Source of the DNA: Mobula birostris
Taxonomy: Eukaryota
Length of the DNA stretch: 64,000 nucleotides
Assembly (NCBI RefSeq): GCF_030028105.1
Contig: NC_092395.1
Coordinates: 44,048,459 to 44,112,458 of the forward strand
Direction of reading: 5' to 3'
Shown here piece after piece: positions 44,364 to 56,249 of the stretch. Both the position numbers and the translations under genes were made by a program. Each line of letters begins with the position of its first letter. The stretch's first letter is position 1. The notes under the pieces were generated by a model. That model saw nothing but the letters and a program-made list of their open reading frames with translations, did no database searches and was not told the origin of the DNA.

Positions 44364-45336
44364 TGTCACAATGGGGTGCTGGGAACGGACCCAAATGCGA
44401 GACACAGACATTGAAGTACAAGGAAAAGGACTTGACTCGTGTAGGGACGTGATAGGATACAGGCAAGGAGCAGGGACAAGAACACAGACTTGGGCTGGGG
44501 AAAGCAGGACCAGGACTAGAAACCGTGGAGTAGGAGACAAGGCTTCAACACCGAGCCCGAGACTGGACAAGGACCCAGAACCTGGGTCTTGCCTCCGGCT
44601 CACGCCCCAAAGCCAGGCAAGGACATGACATGGCTTCAGGACAGGACGTGGCTGGGGTCCAGAGTCCAGAGATTGGCTTGATCTTCGGGGCTTGTGTTCT
44701 TGGAGCAACTCCTGGGCAGGACTTGGAACTCATGGGCAGGACACGGAAATCCCGCTCAGGACTCATAACTCCTGGGCAGGACATGGAACTTCACCCCAAG
44801 GAGGCAAGGGCAGGGAGGGACGGACCCAACTGCAGGGCAACGGCAAACGACCTGATTACCCGACGGAGGCAAGGGACAGGAAGGGACAGAATCAACCGCA
44901 GGGTAACAGCAATTACGGCCTGGCTTATCCAACAGAGGCAAGGACAGGAAAGGTCAATTCGGGGTGGCTCTGAGTCTCGGGGCAGCCAGCAACCTTGGAT
45001 GGCTACAAAAACGGCCAAATCCATACAACGATGACTGCTCCGATGAACAGCATCAAGGCTCCATGCAGCGGTGGTTCTCCAGTCAGGCCTAGAGATCACA
45101 AATGATTTCACTAGCCTTCCATCTGCAGGCTGCTCCAAGGGGTCCAACAAGACAAACCAGCAGCCCACACTCGATCCCAAGGCCACATATTCCAAGCTTC
45201 AAGATGGGAAACAGGTGCCTATGAGTAACAAGATGGGAATCAGGTGCCTATGAGGTACAGCTAAAAGATCTGGAGTCCTGAGTCCATGGACCGCACGGTG
45301 AACCACATTGTGGATTTCACGGACCGGACCATGACA
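44364..45336 (-). mobile_element. Solo LTR (973 bp), same family as 8515-9874
   Basis: TGTCAC...ATGACA termini. The ends (GAACGGACxCAAATGCGAGACACAGAC; CACGGACCGGAC) match the first LTR. The TSD is only partial (CCCTA/CCCGG). Confidence 0.85.
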
Positions 45337-47402
45337 CCCGGTCACTAAACCCTGTTCAGTGATTTCACTGGAAAATCCTGGATGGGGAGAACGAAGGGGT
45401 ACCAATTTCTACAAACATTTCCAAGATGTCTGGCTCTGTGGTGTAATGGCCGGTGTGAATTAGCCCAGGCTTGCAGGTGAGTGTCAGATTTTGAAAGGAA
45501 TGTGAGGAGAATGAAAAGGGATTGGTGCAGGGTTGGTGTAAGTCAGAGTCTGATGGAGAGCACAGGCACAGTACGCTGAAGAGTCTCTTTACATGCTTTA
45601 TGATTGACTGCAGTCAGAAATTAGGCCAGTGGGATGGGAACCAAAGTGCCAGAACTGTAAGTGGAGAGGTTGTGGAGGCAGATATTGGTAAGACCTCAGA
45701 CAAAGTTTGGAATCATAATGTTGAGCATGGTGCAACTAGTGTCCTGAGCAGCATCTATTTCAATGCCAGAGCTACCATAGGAAAGATGGATAATAGTGCT
45801 GGAGATGAGTTAACAGGCTTACAACTAGAGGCCATGACAGGTGATGAGAGGATGTTGATGGGACAAAATTGCGGTTAAGAGAATGAGTTGCAACAATAAA
45901 GGCAGACAGGATCGAAAAGGGTGAATACAGGACTGAAGATGTTGTATTTGAATGCAGAATAAGATAAGTAAACTTGCAGCACAGTTGCAGATTGGCAGCG
46001 ATGATGTTGAAAGCATCACTGAATTATGGCTGAGAAAAGGATCACAGCTGAGAGCTTAATGACCAAGGATACAGATTGTATCAAAAGGAAAGGCTGGAAG
46101 GCAAATGAGGTGGCGTTGATCTGTTGGTTAAAAAAAGAAATCAAATAATCAGGAAGAGTTGACATGGACTCGGAAGGTATTGAATCATTGTGGATAGAGC
46201 TAAGGAACTGTAAGGGTTAAAAGACTCTGATGGGAATTGTATCCAAAACCCAAAACAATAGTAACAATGTGGCTTACAAATTATAATGGGAGATGGAAAC
46301 TGCGTGCAACAAAGCAAATGTAACAATAGTCATGGGGAATTTTAATATGCAGGTATATTGGAAAAATTACGTTAGTGCTGACTTCTAGAAGGAGGAATTT
46401 CTAGAGTGCCTACAAGATGGCTTTTTAGAGCAGCTCATGATTAAACCCACTGAAGGATCAGTTATTCTGGATTGGGTGTTGTGCAGTGAACCAGAATTGA
46501 TTAGACAGCTTAAGGTAAAACAACCCTGAAGGGAAAGTAATCATAATATGATCAAGTTCACGCTAAAATTAGAAAAGGAGAAGTTAATGTCAGATATCTC
46601 AGTATCAGAGTTGAGTAAAATAAATTACAGAGGAATGAGAGAGGAGTAGGCCAGGGTTCTTTGAAAAGGAACCCTGGCAGGGATGACAGCAGAGCAGCAA
46701 TGGCTGTAATTTCTGAAAGGAATTTGGGAGGCATGGGAATTATACATCAAAAAGAGGAAGATATACTCTAAATGAAAGATGAAACAACTGTGGCTAACAA
46801 GAGAGGTCACAGCCAGTATAAAAGCTAAAGGGTGGGTATAATATAGTACAAAAGTCAGTGGGATGTTAAAGGTTTGGGAAGCTTTTAAAAATGAACAGAA
46901 GGCAACTAAAAATGTCACAAAGAAGGTAAAGATAGAATATGAAATTAAGCTTGCCAATAATGTTAAAGATGTTACAAAAAGTTTCTTCAGATACATAAAG
47001 TGCAAAAGAGAGGTGACTGTGGACATCAGATCTCTGGAAGATGATTCTGGAGAGGTTGTGATGGAGGACAATGAAATGGGGGGACAATTAAATGTACCAG
47101 ATGGTGTACGCTCAATAGTTCTGAAAGAGGAGGCATTAGTAATGATCTTTCAAGAATATTTAGATTCTGGAATGGTTCTGGAAGACCAGAATATTGCTAA
47201 TGTCACTCTGCTCTTCAAGGTGGGAGAGACGCAAAAGAAGAGAAATTATAGGCCTCAGAGGTTGGGAAGATGTTGGAGTCAATTGATAAGGAAGTGGTTT
47301 TGGGGTACTTGGAGGCACATGATAAAACAGATTGTAGTGAGCAACACACATCAAAGTTGCTGGTGAACGCAGCAGGCCAGGCAGCATCTGTAGGAAGAGG
47401 TG

Positions 47403-47440
47403 CAGTCGACGTTTCAGGCCGAGACCCTTCGTCAGGACTA
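47403..47440 (-). ncRNA. Intact-looking minimal type I hammerhead ribozyme in the Penelope pseudo-LTR
   Basis: The minus (sense) strand reads UAGUC CUGACGA AGGGUCUCGGCCU GAAA CGUC|GACUG: stem I UAGUC/GACUG, core CUGANGA and GAAA, 3-bp stem II, palindromic ACGU stem III and a GUC cleavage triplet. Confidence 0.75.
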
Positions 47441-49956
47441 ACTGAAGGAAGAGTGAGTAAGGGATTTGAAAGTTGGAGGGGGAGGGGGAGATCCAAAATG
47501 ATAGGAGAAGACAGGAGGGGGAGGGATGGAGCCAAGAGCTGGACAGGTGATTGGCAAAAGGGGATATGAGAGGATCATGGGACAGGAGGTCCGGGAAGAA
47601 AGACAAGGGTGGTGGGACCCAGAGCATGGGCAAGAGGTACATTCAGAGGGACAGAGGGAGAAAAAGGAGAGTGAGAGAAAGAATGTGTGCATAAAATAAG
47701 TAACAGATGGGGTACGAGGGGGAGGTGGGGCCTTAGTGGAAGTTAGAGAAGTCGATGTTCATGCCATCAGGTTGGAGGCTACCCAGACGGAATATAAGGT
47801 GTTGTTCCTCCAACCTGATGTGTCTTCATCTTTACAGTAGAGGAGGCCGTGGATAGACATGTCAGAATGGGAATGGGACGTGGAATTAAAATGTGTGGCC
47901 ACTGGGAGATCCTGCTTTCTCTGGCGGACAGAGCGTAGATGTTCAGCAAAGCGGTCTCCCAGTCTGCGTCGGGTCTCACCAATATATAAAAGGCCACATC
48001 GGGAGCACCGGACGCAGTATATCACTGCAGTCGACTCACAGGTGAAGTTTTGCCTCACCTGGAAGGACTGTTTGGGGCCCTGAATGGTGGTAAGGGAGGA
48101 AGTGTAAGGGCATGTGTAGCACTTGTTCCGCTTACACGGATAAGTGCCAGGAGGGAGATCAGTGGGGAGGGATGGGAGTGACGAATGGACAAGGGAGTTG
48201 CGTAGGGAGCGATCCCTGCGGAATGCAGAGAGAGGGGGGGAGGGAAAGATGTGCTTAGTGGTGGGATCCCGTTGGAGGTGGCGGAAGTTACGGAGAATAA
48301 TATGTTGGACCCGGAGGCTGGTGGGGTGGTAGGTGAGGACCAGGGGAACCCTATTCCTAGTGGGGTGGCGGGAGGATGGAGTGAGAGCAGATGTAGGTGA
48401 AATGGGGGAGATGCGTTTAAGAGCAGAGTTGATAGTGGAGGAAGGGAAGCCCCTTTCTTTAAAAAAGGAAGACATCTCCCTCGTCCTAGAATGAAAAGCC
48501 TCATCCTGAGAGCAGATGCGGCGGAGACGGAGGAATTGTGAGAAGGGTATGGCGTTTTTGCAAGAGACAGGGTGAGAAGAGGAATAGTCCTGATAGCTGT
48601 GAGAGTCAGTAGGCTTATAGTAGACATCAGTGGATAAGCTGTCTCCAGAGACAGAGACAGAAAGATCTAGAAAGGGGAGGGAGGAGTCGGAAATGGACCA
48701 GGTAAACTTGAGGGCAGGGTGAAAGTTGGAGGCAAAGTTAATAAAGTCAACGAGTTCTGCATGCGTGCAGGAAGCAGCGCCAATGCAATCGTCGATGTAG
48801 CGAAGGAAAAGTGGGGGACAGATACCAGAATAGGCACGGAACATAGATTGTTCCACAAACCCAACAAAAAAGGCAGGCATAGCTAGGACCCATATGGATG
48901 CCCATAGCTACACCTTTAGTTTGGAGAAAGTGGGAGGAGCCAAAGGAGAAATTATTAAGAGTAAGGACTAATTCCGCTAGACGGAGCAGAGTGGTGGTAG
49001 AGGGGAACTGATTAGGTCTGGAATCCAAAAAGAAGCGTAGAGCTTTGAGACCTTCCTGATGGGGGATGGAAGTATATAAGGACTGGACATCCATGGTGAA
49101 AATAAAGCGGTGGGGGCCAGGGAACTTAAAATCATCGAAAAGTTTAAGAGCGTGAGAAGTGTCACGAACATAGGTCGGAAGGGATTGAACAAGGGGTGAT
49201 AAAACCGTGTCGAGGTATGCAGAAACGAGTTCGGTGGGGCAGGAGCAAGCTGAGACAATAGGTCGGCCAGGACAGCCAGGTTTGTGGATCTTGGGTAGGA
49301 AGTAGAAACGGGATAGGAAGTAAAAACGGTAAGTGCGGGGTGTGGGAACTATAAGGTTGGTAGCAGTGGATGGGAGATCCCCTGAGCGGATAAAGTCGGT
49401 GATGGTGTGGGAGACAATGGCCTGGTGCTCCTTAGTGGGGTCACGATCGAGGGGTAAATAAGAGGAGGTATCCGCGAGTTGTCGCTGTGACTCGGCAAGG
49501 TAGATGTCAGTACGCCAGACTACAACAGCACCCCCCACCCCTTATCGGCGGGTTTAATAATAAGGTTAGGATTAGTGCGGAGGGAGTGGAGAGCAGAGCG
49601 TTCCGACGGAGTGAGGTTGGAATGGGGACAAGGTGCGGTGAAGTCGAGACGGTTGATGTCCCGTCGGCAATTAGCGATAAAGAGATCCAGAGCAGGCAGA
49701 AGACCAGAGCGGGGTGTCCATGAAGAAGAGGAGGGTTGAAGACGGGAGAAGGGGTCATCGGTGGGGGTGGAAGAGTCCTTGCCGAAGAAGTAGGCTCGGA
49801 GACGGAGACGGCGGAAAAAAAGTTCCGCATCATGGCGAACACGGAACTCGCTGAGGTGTGGGCGAAGGGGAACAAAGGTGAGGCCCTTACTGAGAACAGA
49901 GCGTTCTGCCTCCGACAGTTGAAGGTCGGAGGGGATGGTAAAGACCCGGCATGGAT

Positions 49957-50378
49957 GAGAGCTGGGATCAGAAGGGGGAGGGGGAGGCTGGGTGTGTCAA
50001 TGGAGAGGGGAGGGTTGGGGTGAGAAGGAGGATGGAGCCTCCGAGGGCCCAGGAGCTGACAGTGGGATCTGAGGAAGACGGGGCTGCGGAGTGGTGGTGG
50101 GGGAAGGAGAACGGGAGTCACAACAGCAGCACTTGAAGACCCGGCCTGGAGCTCAAGGCTGGAATCTTGAGAGCTGGGATCAGAGGCGGGAGGGGGGAGG
50201 CTGGGGGTGTCAATGGAGAGGGGATGGTTGGGGTGAGAGGAAGGTGGAGCCTCTGAGTACCCAGGAGCTGACGGTGGGATCTGAGGGAGACGGGATTGCA
50301 GAGTATTGGTGGGGGAAGAGGAGACGGGAGTCACAATAGCAGCATATAAAGACCCGGCCTGGAGTTCAAGGCTGGAGT
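49957..50378. repeat. Two tandem ~212 bp units in the Pro/Ser-rich N-terminal part of the Penelope ORF
   Basis: GAGAGCTGGGATCAG starts at 49957 and 50169; each unit ends GACCCGGCCTGGAG.TCAAGGCTGGA. Confidence 0.85.
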
Positions 50379-52114
50379 CGCAGTTGGTGGTTGCGCAATC
50401 GCTGTGAAGGTGTCCATGGTCGTTGCTGGAGTCCGGGTTTTGAATATGCCCTGAGGTGTTGGAGCCGGCGAGATCAATGGCAGAGGCCGCAATCTGAAGT
50501 TCATGCCTGCTAGTTTCAGGGCCAGCAGGCTCTGGAGTCCGTAGATGTAGGATCTTGCGATCTTTGCCTAACATGACAAAGTCAAAAAAACGGCGATTGC
50601 AGGCGTGAATCCGACGGAGGATGAAATAACGGGTAGGACCATAATAGACGGCGAAGAAAGTGTCCCGAAGGTGTGGAAGGGTCTGGGATAGGGACGCCAA
50701 GTACCTCCTCGTGGCGGAGAGAGTCGCCTTCAGAGCTTGACGGGAGAAGCGGCGAGAGGCAGAGTCAATAAAATGTGAGTACCTGGGATCTTCAGAAGGT
50801 CCAAATTGAGAGGCTTGGAAACGAATCCTAAAGCCAACTGGAGTAAGTTGGCGACGGAGGCACGTTCCAAGAAAGTGAGAATGGTTTCATTAAGGAAAAA
50901 TGTTGCCTGACAAATCTGTTGGAATTCTTTGAGGAAATAACAAGTAGGATAGAGAATGGTAAATCAGTTGATGTTGTGTGCTTGGATTTTCAGAAGGCCT
51001 TAAACAAGGTAACAAACTATGAAGTCGTTGTATTACAGGAAACATGCTAACATGGATAAACCAGTGGCTGGTTGGCAGGAGACAAAGAGTGGCATTAAAG
51101 GGAGCCTTTTCTGGCTGGCTACTGGGGACTAGTGGTGCTCCACAGGGGTTTCTGTTGGGACCGATTCTTTTTACGATATATGTCAATGATTTGGAGGATG
51201 GAATTATTGGTGTTGTTGTAAAGTTTGCATACAGTATGAAGATAGGAGGAGTGGCATGTATATTTGAGCAAGTACAGAAGCTAGAGAAGGACTTGGACTG
51301 ATTCAGAGACTGGTTAAAGAAATAGCAGTTGGAATAAAGTCTTAGGAACTATATGGTCCTACACTTTAGTAGAAGAAATGTAACGGTTGACTATTTTCTA
51401 AATGGAGAGAAAATACAAAGAAACTGAGGTGCAAAGGGACTTGGGAGTCACTGAGCAAGATTCCCTAAAGGTTAATTTTCAGGTTGCATCTTTGGTGAGG
51501 AAGGCAAATTAATGTTAGCATTCATTTCAAAAGGACTGCAATCTAAAATCAGGGAGGCAATTTTGATAAGGCACAGGTGAGGCCTCATTTAGCATATTGT
51601 GAGCAGCTTGGGGCCCTTTATCTTAGAAAGGAGATGTTGAAACTAGAGAAGTTTTAAAGGGGGTTCACAAAAATGATGTCAGTTCATATGCAGAGCATTT
51701 GATGGCTCTGCACCTGCATTCATTGGAATTCAGAAGAATGAGGGATGACCTTATTGAAATCTATTGAATGGTGAAAGGCCTTGATCGTGTATGTGAGAGT
51801 CAAAGACCAGAGGACACAGGGTCAGAATAGAGAGGTGTCCTTTTAGCATAGAGCTGGGAAAGAATTTCTTTAGCCAGATATTGGTGAATCTGTGGGATTC
51901 TTTGCCACAGGCGTCTGTGGAGGACAAGTTGTTATGTATATTTAAGGCATGGGTTGATACATTGGTGATTAGTGAGGGCATAAAGGAGATGCAGAGAAGT
52001 CAGGAGATTGGGCAGAGAGCAAAATTGGATTATCCAAGATGAAATAGTGGAGTGGACTTGATGCGCCAAATGGCCTAATTCTGCTTCTAAATTTGATGTT
52101 CTTATGGTCTTCTA

Positions 52115-53590
52115 TCCATATAACCATGTAACAATTACACCATGGAAAAAAGGCCACCTTGCCCCTTCTAGTCCGTGCCGAACTCTTACTCTCTACTAGT
52201 CCCACCGACCTGCACTCAGCCCATTACCCTCCATTCCTTTCCTGTCAATATAGCTGTCCAATTTAACTTTAAAAGACAACACCGTACCTGTCTCAACCAC
52301 TTGTGCTTGAAGCTCATTCCACCCAGCTACCACTCTCTCAGTAAAGAAGTTCCCCCTCGTGTTACCCCTAAACTTTTGTCCTTTACTTCTCAACTCATGT
52401 CCTCTTGTTTTAATCTTACCCACTCTCAATGGAAAAAGCCTATCCATGTCAACTCTATCAATCCCTTTCATATTTTTAAATGCCTCTATCAAGTCCCCCT
52501 CAACCTTCTACACTCCAAAGAATAAAGACCTAACTTGTTCAACCTTTCTCTGTAACTTAGGAGATGAAACCCAGGCAACATTTTAGTAAACCTCCTCTGT
52601 ACTTGCTCAATTTTATTGACATCTTTCCTATAATTCGGTGACCAAAACTGTACACAATACTCCAAATTTGGCCTTACCAGTGCCTTACACAATTTCAACG
52701 TTACATGCCAACTCCTATACTCAATGCTCTGATTAATAAAGGCCAGTATACCAAAACCTTTCTTCACCACCCTATCCACATGAGATTCCACCTTCAGGGA
52801 ACTATGCACCATTATTCCTAGATCCCTCTGTTCTACAGCATTCTTCAATGCCCTACCATTTACCATGTACGTCCTATTTTGACTAGTCCTACTGAAATGT
52901 CGCACCTCACATTTTTCAGCATTAAACTCCATCTGCCATCTTTCATCCCACTCTTCTAACTGTCCTAAATCTCTCTGCAAGCTTTGAAAACCTACCTCAT
53001 CATCTACAACACCAGCTATCTTAGTATCATCTGCATACTTACTAATCCAAATTACCACCCCATCATCCAGATCATTAAGATATATGTGACAAACAACATT
53101 GGCCCCAGTACAGATCCCTGAGGCACACTGCTACGCATCATCCTCCAATCTGGCACACAGTTATCCACCTCTACTCTCTGGCGTCTCCCATCTAGGCACT
53201 GCTGAATCCATTTAACTACTTCCATATTAATGCCTAATGATTGAACCTTCCTAACTAGCCTTCCTTGTGGAACCTTGTCAAAGGCCTTACTGAAGACCAT
53301 ATAGACAACATCCACGGCTTTACCTTCGTCAACTTTCTTAGCAACCTCATCAAAAAATTCAATAAGATTTGTCAAACATGACTTTCCACACACAAATTGA
53401 TGTTGACTGTTCCTAATCAGACTCTGTCTATCCAGATAATTATATATACCATCTCTAAGAATACTTTCCATCAATTTACCCACCACTGACGTCAAACTCA
53501 CAGGCCGATAATGGCCAGGTTTACTCTTAGAACCCTTTTTAAACAATGGAAACACATGAGCAATAAGCCAATCCTCTGGAACCATCCACC
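52115..53590 (-). mobile_element. CR1 3' RT fragment
   Basis: ORFs 53052-53624 and 52489-53058: YRPVSLTSVVGKLMESI...KAFDKVP...SVPQGSVLGP and SKYADDTKI. Confidence 0.9.
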
Positions 53591-53649
53591 ATCTTATCTG
53601 ATTAAAGGAATGTGTAGGAAACATGACATCAGTGGTGCACTATTAATGT

Positions 53650-54680
53650 CCATAAGACCATAAGACAAAGGAGCAGAAGTCGGCCATTCAGCCCATTGAG
53701 TCTGCTCCGCCATTTTATCATGAGCTGATCCATTCTCCCATTTAGTCCCACTCCCCCGCCTTCTCAACATAACCTTTGATGCCCTGGCTACTCAGATACC
53801 TATCAATCTCTGCCTTAAATACACCCAATGACTTGGCCTCCACTGCCACCCGTGGCAACAAATTTCATATATTCACCACCCTCTGGCTAAAAAAATTTCT
53901 TCGCATCTCAGTTCTGAATGGGCGCTCTTCAATCCTTAAGTCATGCCCTCTGGCACTAGACTCCCCCATCATGGGAAACAACTTTGCCACATCCGCTCTG
54001 TCCATGCCTTTCAACACTCAAAATGTTTCTATGAGGTCCCCCCTCATGCTTCTAATCCTCTGTCTTCCCACTAATTTTTGCTTCCTTGTATGCCCTCTCC
54101 TTTGCTTTAACTTTGGCTTTGACTTCTCTTGTCAGCCATGGTTGCATCCTTTTTCCCTTCGAAAATTTCTTCTTTTTTGGAATATACCTGTCTTGCACCT
54201 TCCTCACTTCTCACATAAACTCCAGCAACTCTGCTCTGCCATCCTTCATGCCAGTGTCCCTTTCCAGTCAACTTTGGCCAGATCCTCTCGTGTGCCACTA
54301 TAATTTCCTTTACTCCACTGAAATACCGACACATTGGATCTCGGCTCTTTTTTTCAAATTTCACAGTGAACTGATTCCTGTTATGGTCACTGTCTCCTAA
54401 GTGTTCCTTCAGCTCAATCTCTCTAATCACCTCCGGTTCATTACACAATACAAAATCCAGTACAGCCAATCCCCTAGTGGGCTCAACAACAAGCTGTTCT
54501 AAAAAACCATCTCGCAAACATTCTATCAATTCTCTCTCTTGAGATCCAGTGCCGACCTGATTTTCCCAATCCACTCGCATGGTAAAATCCCCCACAATTC
54601 TCATAACACTGCCCTTCTGACAAGCCTTTTCTATTTCCTGTTGTAATTTGTGGTCCACATCACTGCAGCTGTTTGGAAAA
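53650..54680 (-). mobile_element. Internally deleted CR1 (endonuclease segment joined to the 3' end)
   Basis: Endonuclease region (CLRDGFLEQLVVEPTRG..VLDFVLCNEP) at 54050-54680 is directly followed by a 3' end with a (CCATAAGA)n tail at ~53650. Confidence 0.75.
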
Positions 54681-55586
54681 TACCCTTCACATCAGAGTGC
54701 TGTCTGCAAAATATTTAAAACAGAAACATGATGCAAAAATGTCAGTGAATATTTCAATTATACGTCATACAAAATTACTGTGTGTTTATTTCCAGTATTT
54801 CAGCTGTGAATTAAGCTACTCACAATCTCGGGGATGATATTGTCAATGATACTGATGCATTCATGCCATTGACTACCGCATTCAAACTTGTTATCAATGA
54901 ACAGTAAAATACTAATATGTTCATATTCTATGCATAGTCAAAATTTATCATGAGATTATTGACTACTTCAAATAAAATAAGGACATGGCGGGGGGTCAGC
55001 TGCACTCATTATAGTACAGAAAAAGATTTTTAAGACATGGCTGCAAAGAGTTGGTACTGCACCAATCAATTGACAGAATACAAATCAACTTAATCAATTT
55101 GGATTAAATTATGCATGGAGAAGGACAAGACATGAATCCAGTGAGAAAGAACTCCATGAGAAATTGGACATTATTGAGCTGTGTTAAAATAGGAAAAGCA
55201 AATAATTTAAATTTTCCAATTTAAAACAAAAATTGAAAAAGGACCTTTTGTGTTGTTCAGGGCGTGAAATTAACGAACATCTGTGGCAACAACAGGAAAT
55301 GAGATGTTATTTTAAGGAGGGGGATGGCCCAGAGCTGAGACAAGACATTTACATCTGTCTTTCTACTCAAATATCACAGTTTCTGTTCTAGCCAATTGTA
55401 CTTTAAGACACTTGGCTGTTAAAGGGACAATATCTCTGGAGCTTTCCTTCTGTGACAGTCAGAACAACAACTGCCTCACAAATTGTTCCATGTCAGTTGG
55501 CTGAATCACTTCACAGATTTATTAACTGAAACCTGCAGGAAGGAACCGGTGATTGACGCTGATTGATTCGATGGCTAACAATGAAT

Positions 55587-55665
55587 CCATCCCCATTGCA
55601 TTTTCTAAGTTTGTTTGTTTTCCATCCATCCCCATTGCATTTTCGAAGTTTGTTTGTTTTCCATT
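55587..55665. repeat. ~38 bp tandem duplication followed by a GA-rich tract (~55760-55830)
   Basis: CCATCC...CATTGCATTTTC(T/G)AAGTTTGTTTGTTTT occurs twice; (GA)n-like run follows. Confidence 0.8.
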
Positions 55666-56249
55666 GAAATCAAAGAGGATGTGTTGCTTTAAAGTTTTGC
55701 AGAACTTTGGGAAAGTTTGAGCTTAAACTCATTGAACCAAACAAATGAAAAGTGGGGGAAGAGAGGGAGAGGGGGAGAGAAGGAGAGAGGGAGAGAGAGA
55801 GAGAGAGCGAGAGGGGGGGGGAGAAGGAGAGTTGTACAGAAGGAGGGAATGAAAGATGGATGCTGCCTGGTCTGCTGAGATCATCCACCATTTTGTGTGT
55901 GTTGCTTTGATTTCCAGCATTTGCAGATTTTCTCTTGTTTGTGATTGGACCTATAATGGGTTATCTAGTGTTAGGAAGTTATTTGATCACAACAAAAAGG
56001 ATAAAGGATTGATAGGTTGTAAGTGACTGGGATTCAATGCAACATGTAATATTGACTAAAGGATGTTCTTCAATGCTTGTGAAAGCCATTCAGAGTTTGT
56101 ATTCCAATGGATAGTTTAAAACTGAATGAATTAAAAACTGCAATTTTCAATGAGTATTCCTAAAATTAAAGTCTTAATATTAAAGTTATTTATTTTGATA
56201 TGGTGTCATTATTTCAGTTTTTGTGTCTGCGCTTCTGCACTTTGTTCTA

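Larger units (their letters stand above)
47342..50873 (-). mobile_element. Young, near-complete Penelope-like element (RT plus GIY-YIG endonuclease, 3' pseudo-LTR)
   Basis: ORFs 49507-50700, 48747-49538 (YFLPKIHK...GRPIVS; FTMDVQSLYTSIPH; QTKGVAMG) and 47759-48880 (FLRYIDD; CESTAVIYCVRCSRCGLLYIGETRRRLGDRFAEH). Few frameshifts; AGTGAG at both junctions. Confidence 0.95.
45870..52110 (+). mobile_element. Degenerate CR1 LINE (endonuclease to 3' end) split by the Penelope insertion
   Basis: Endonuclease and RT motifs at 45870-47340 resume at 50880 (ATGGTTTC...KNVA.QIC) through SGAPQG..LGP and the 3' tail. Confidence 0.85.
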
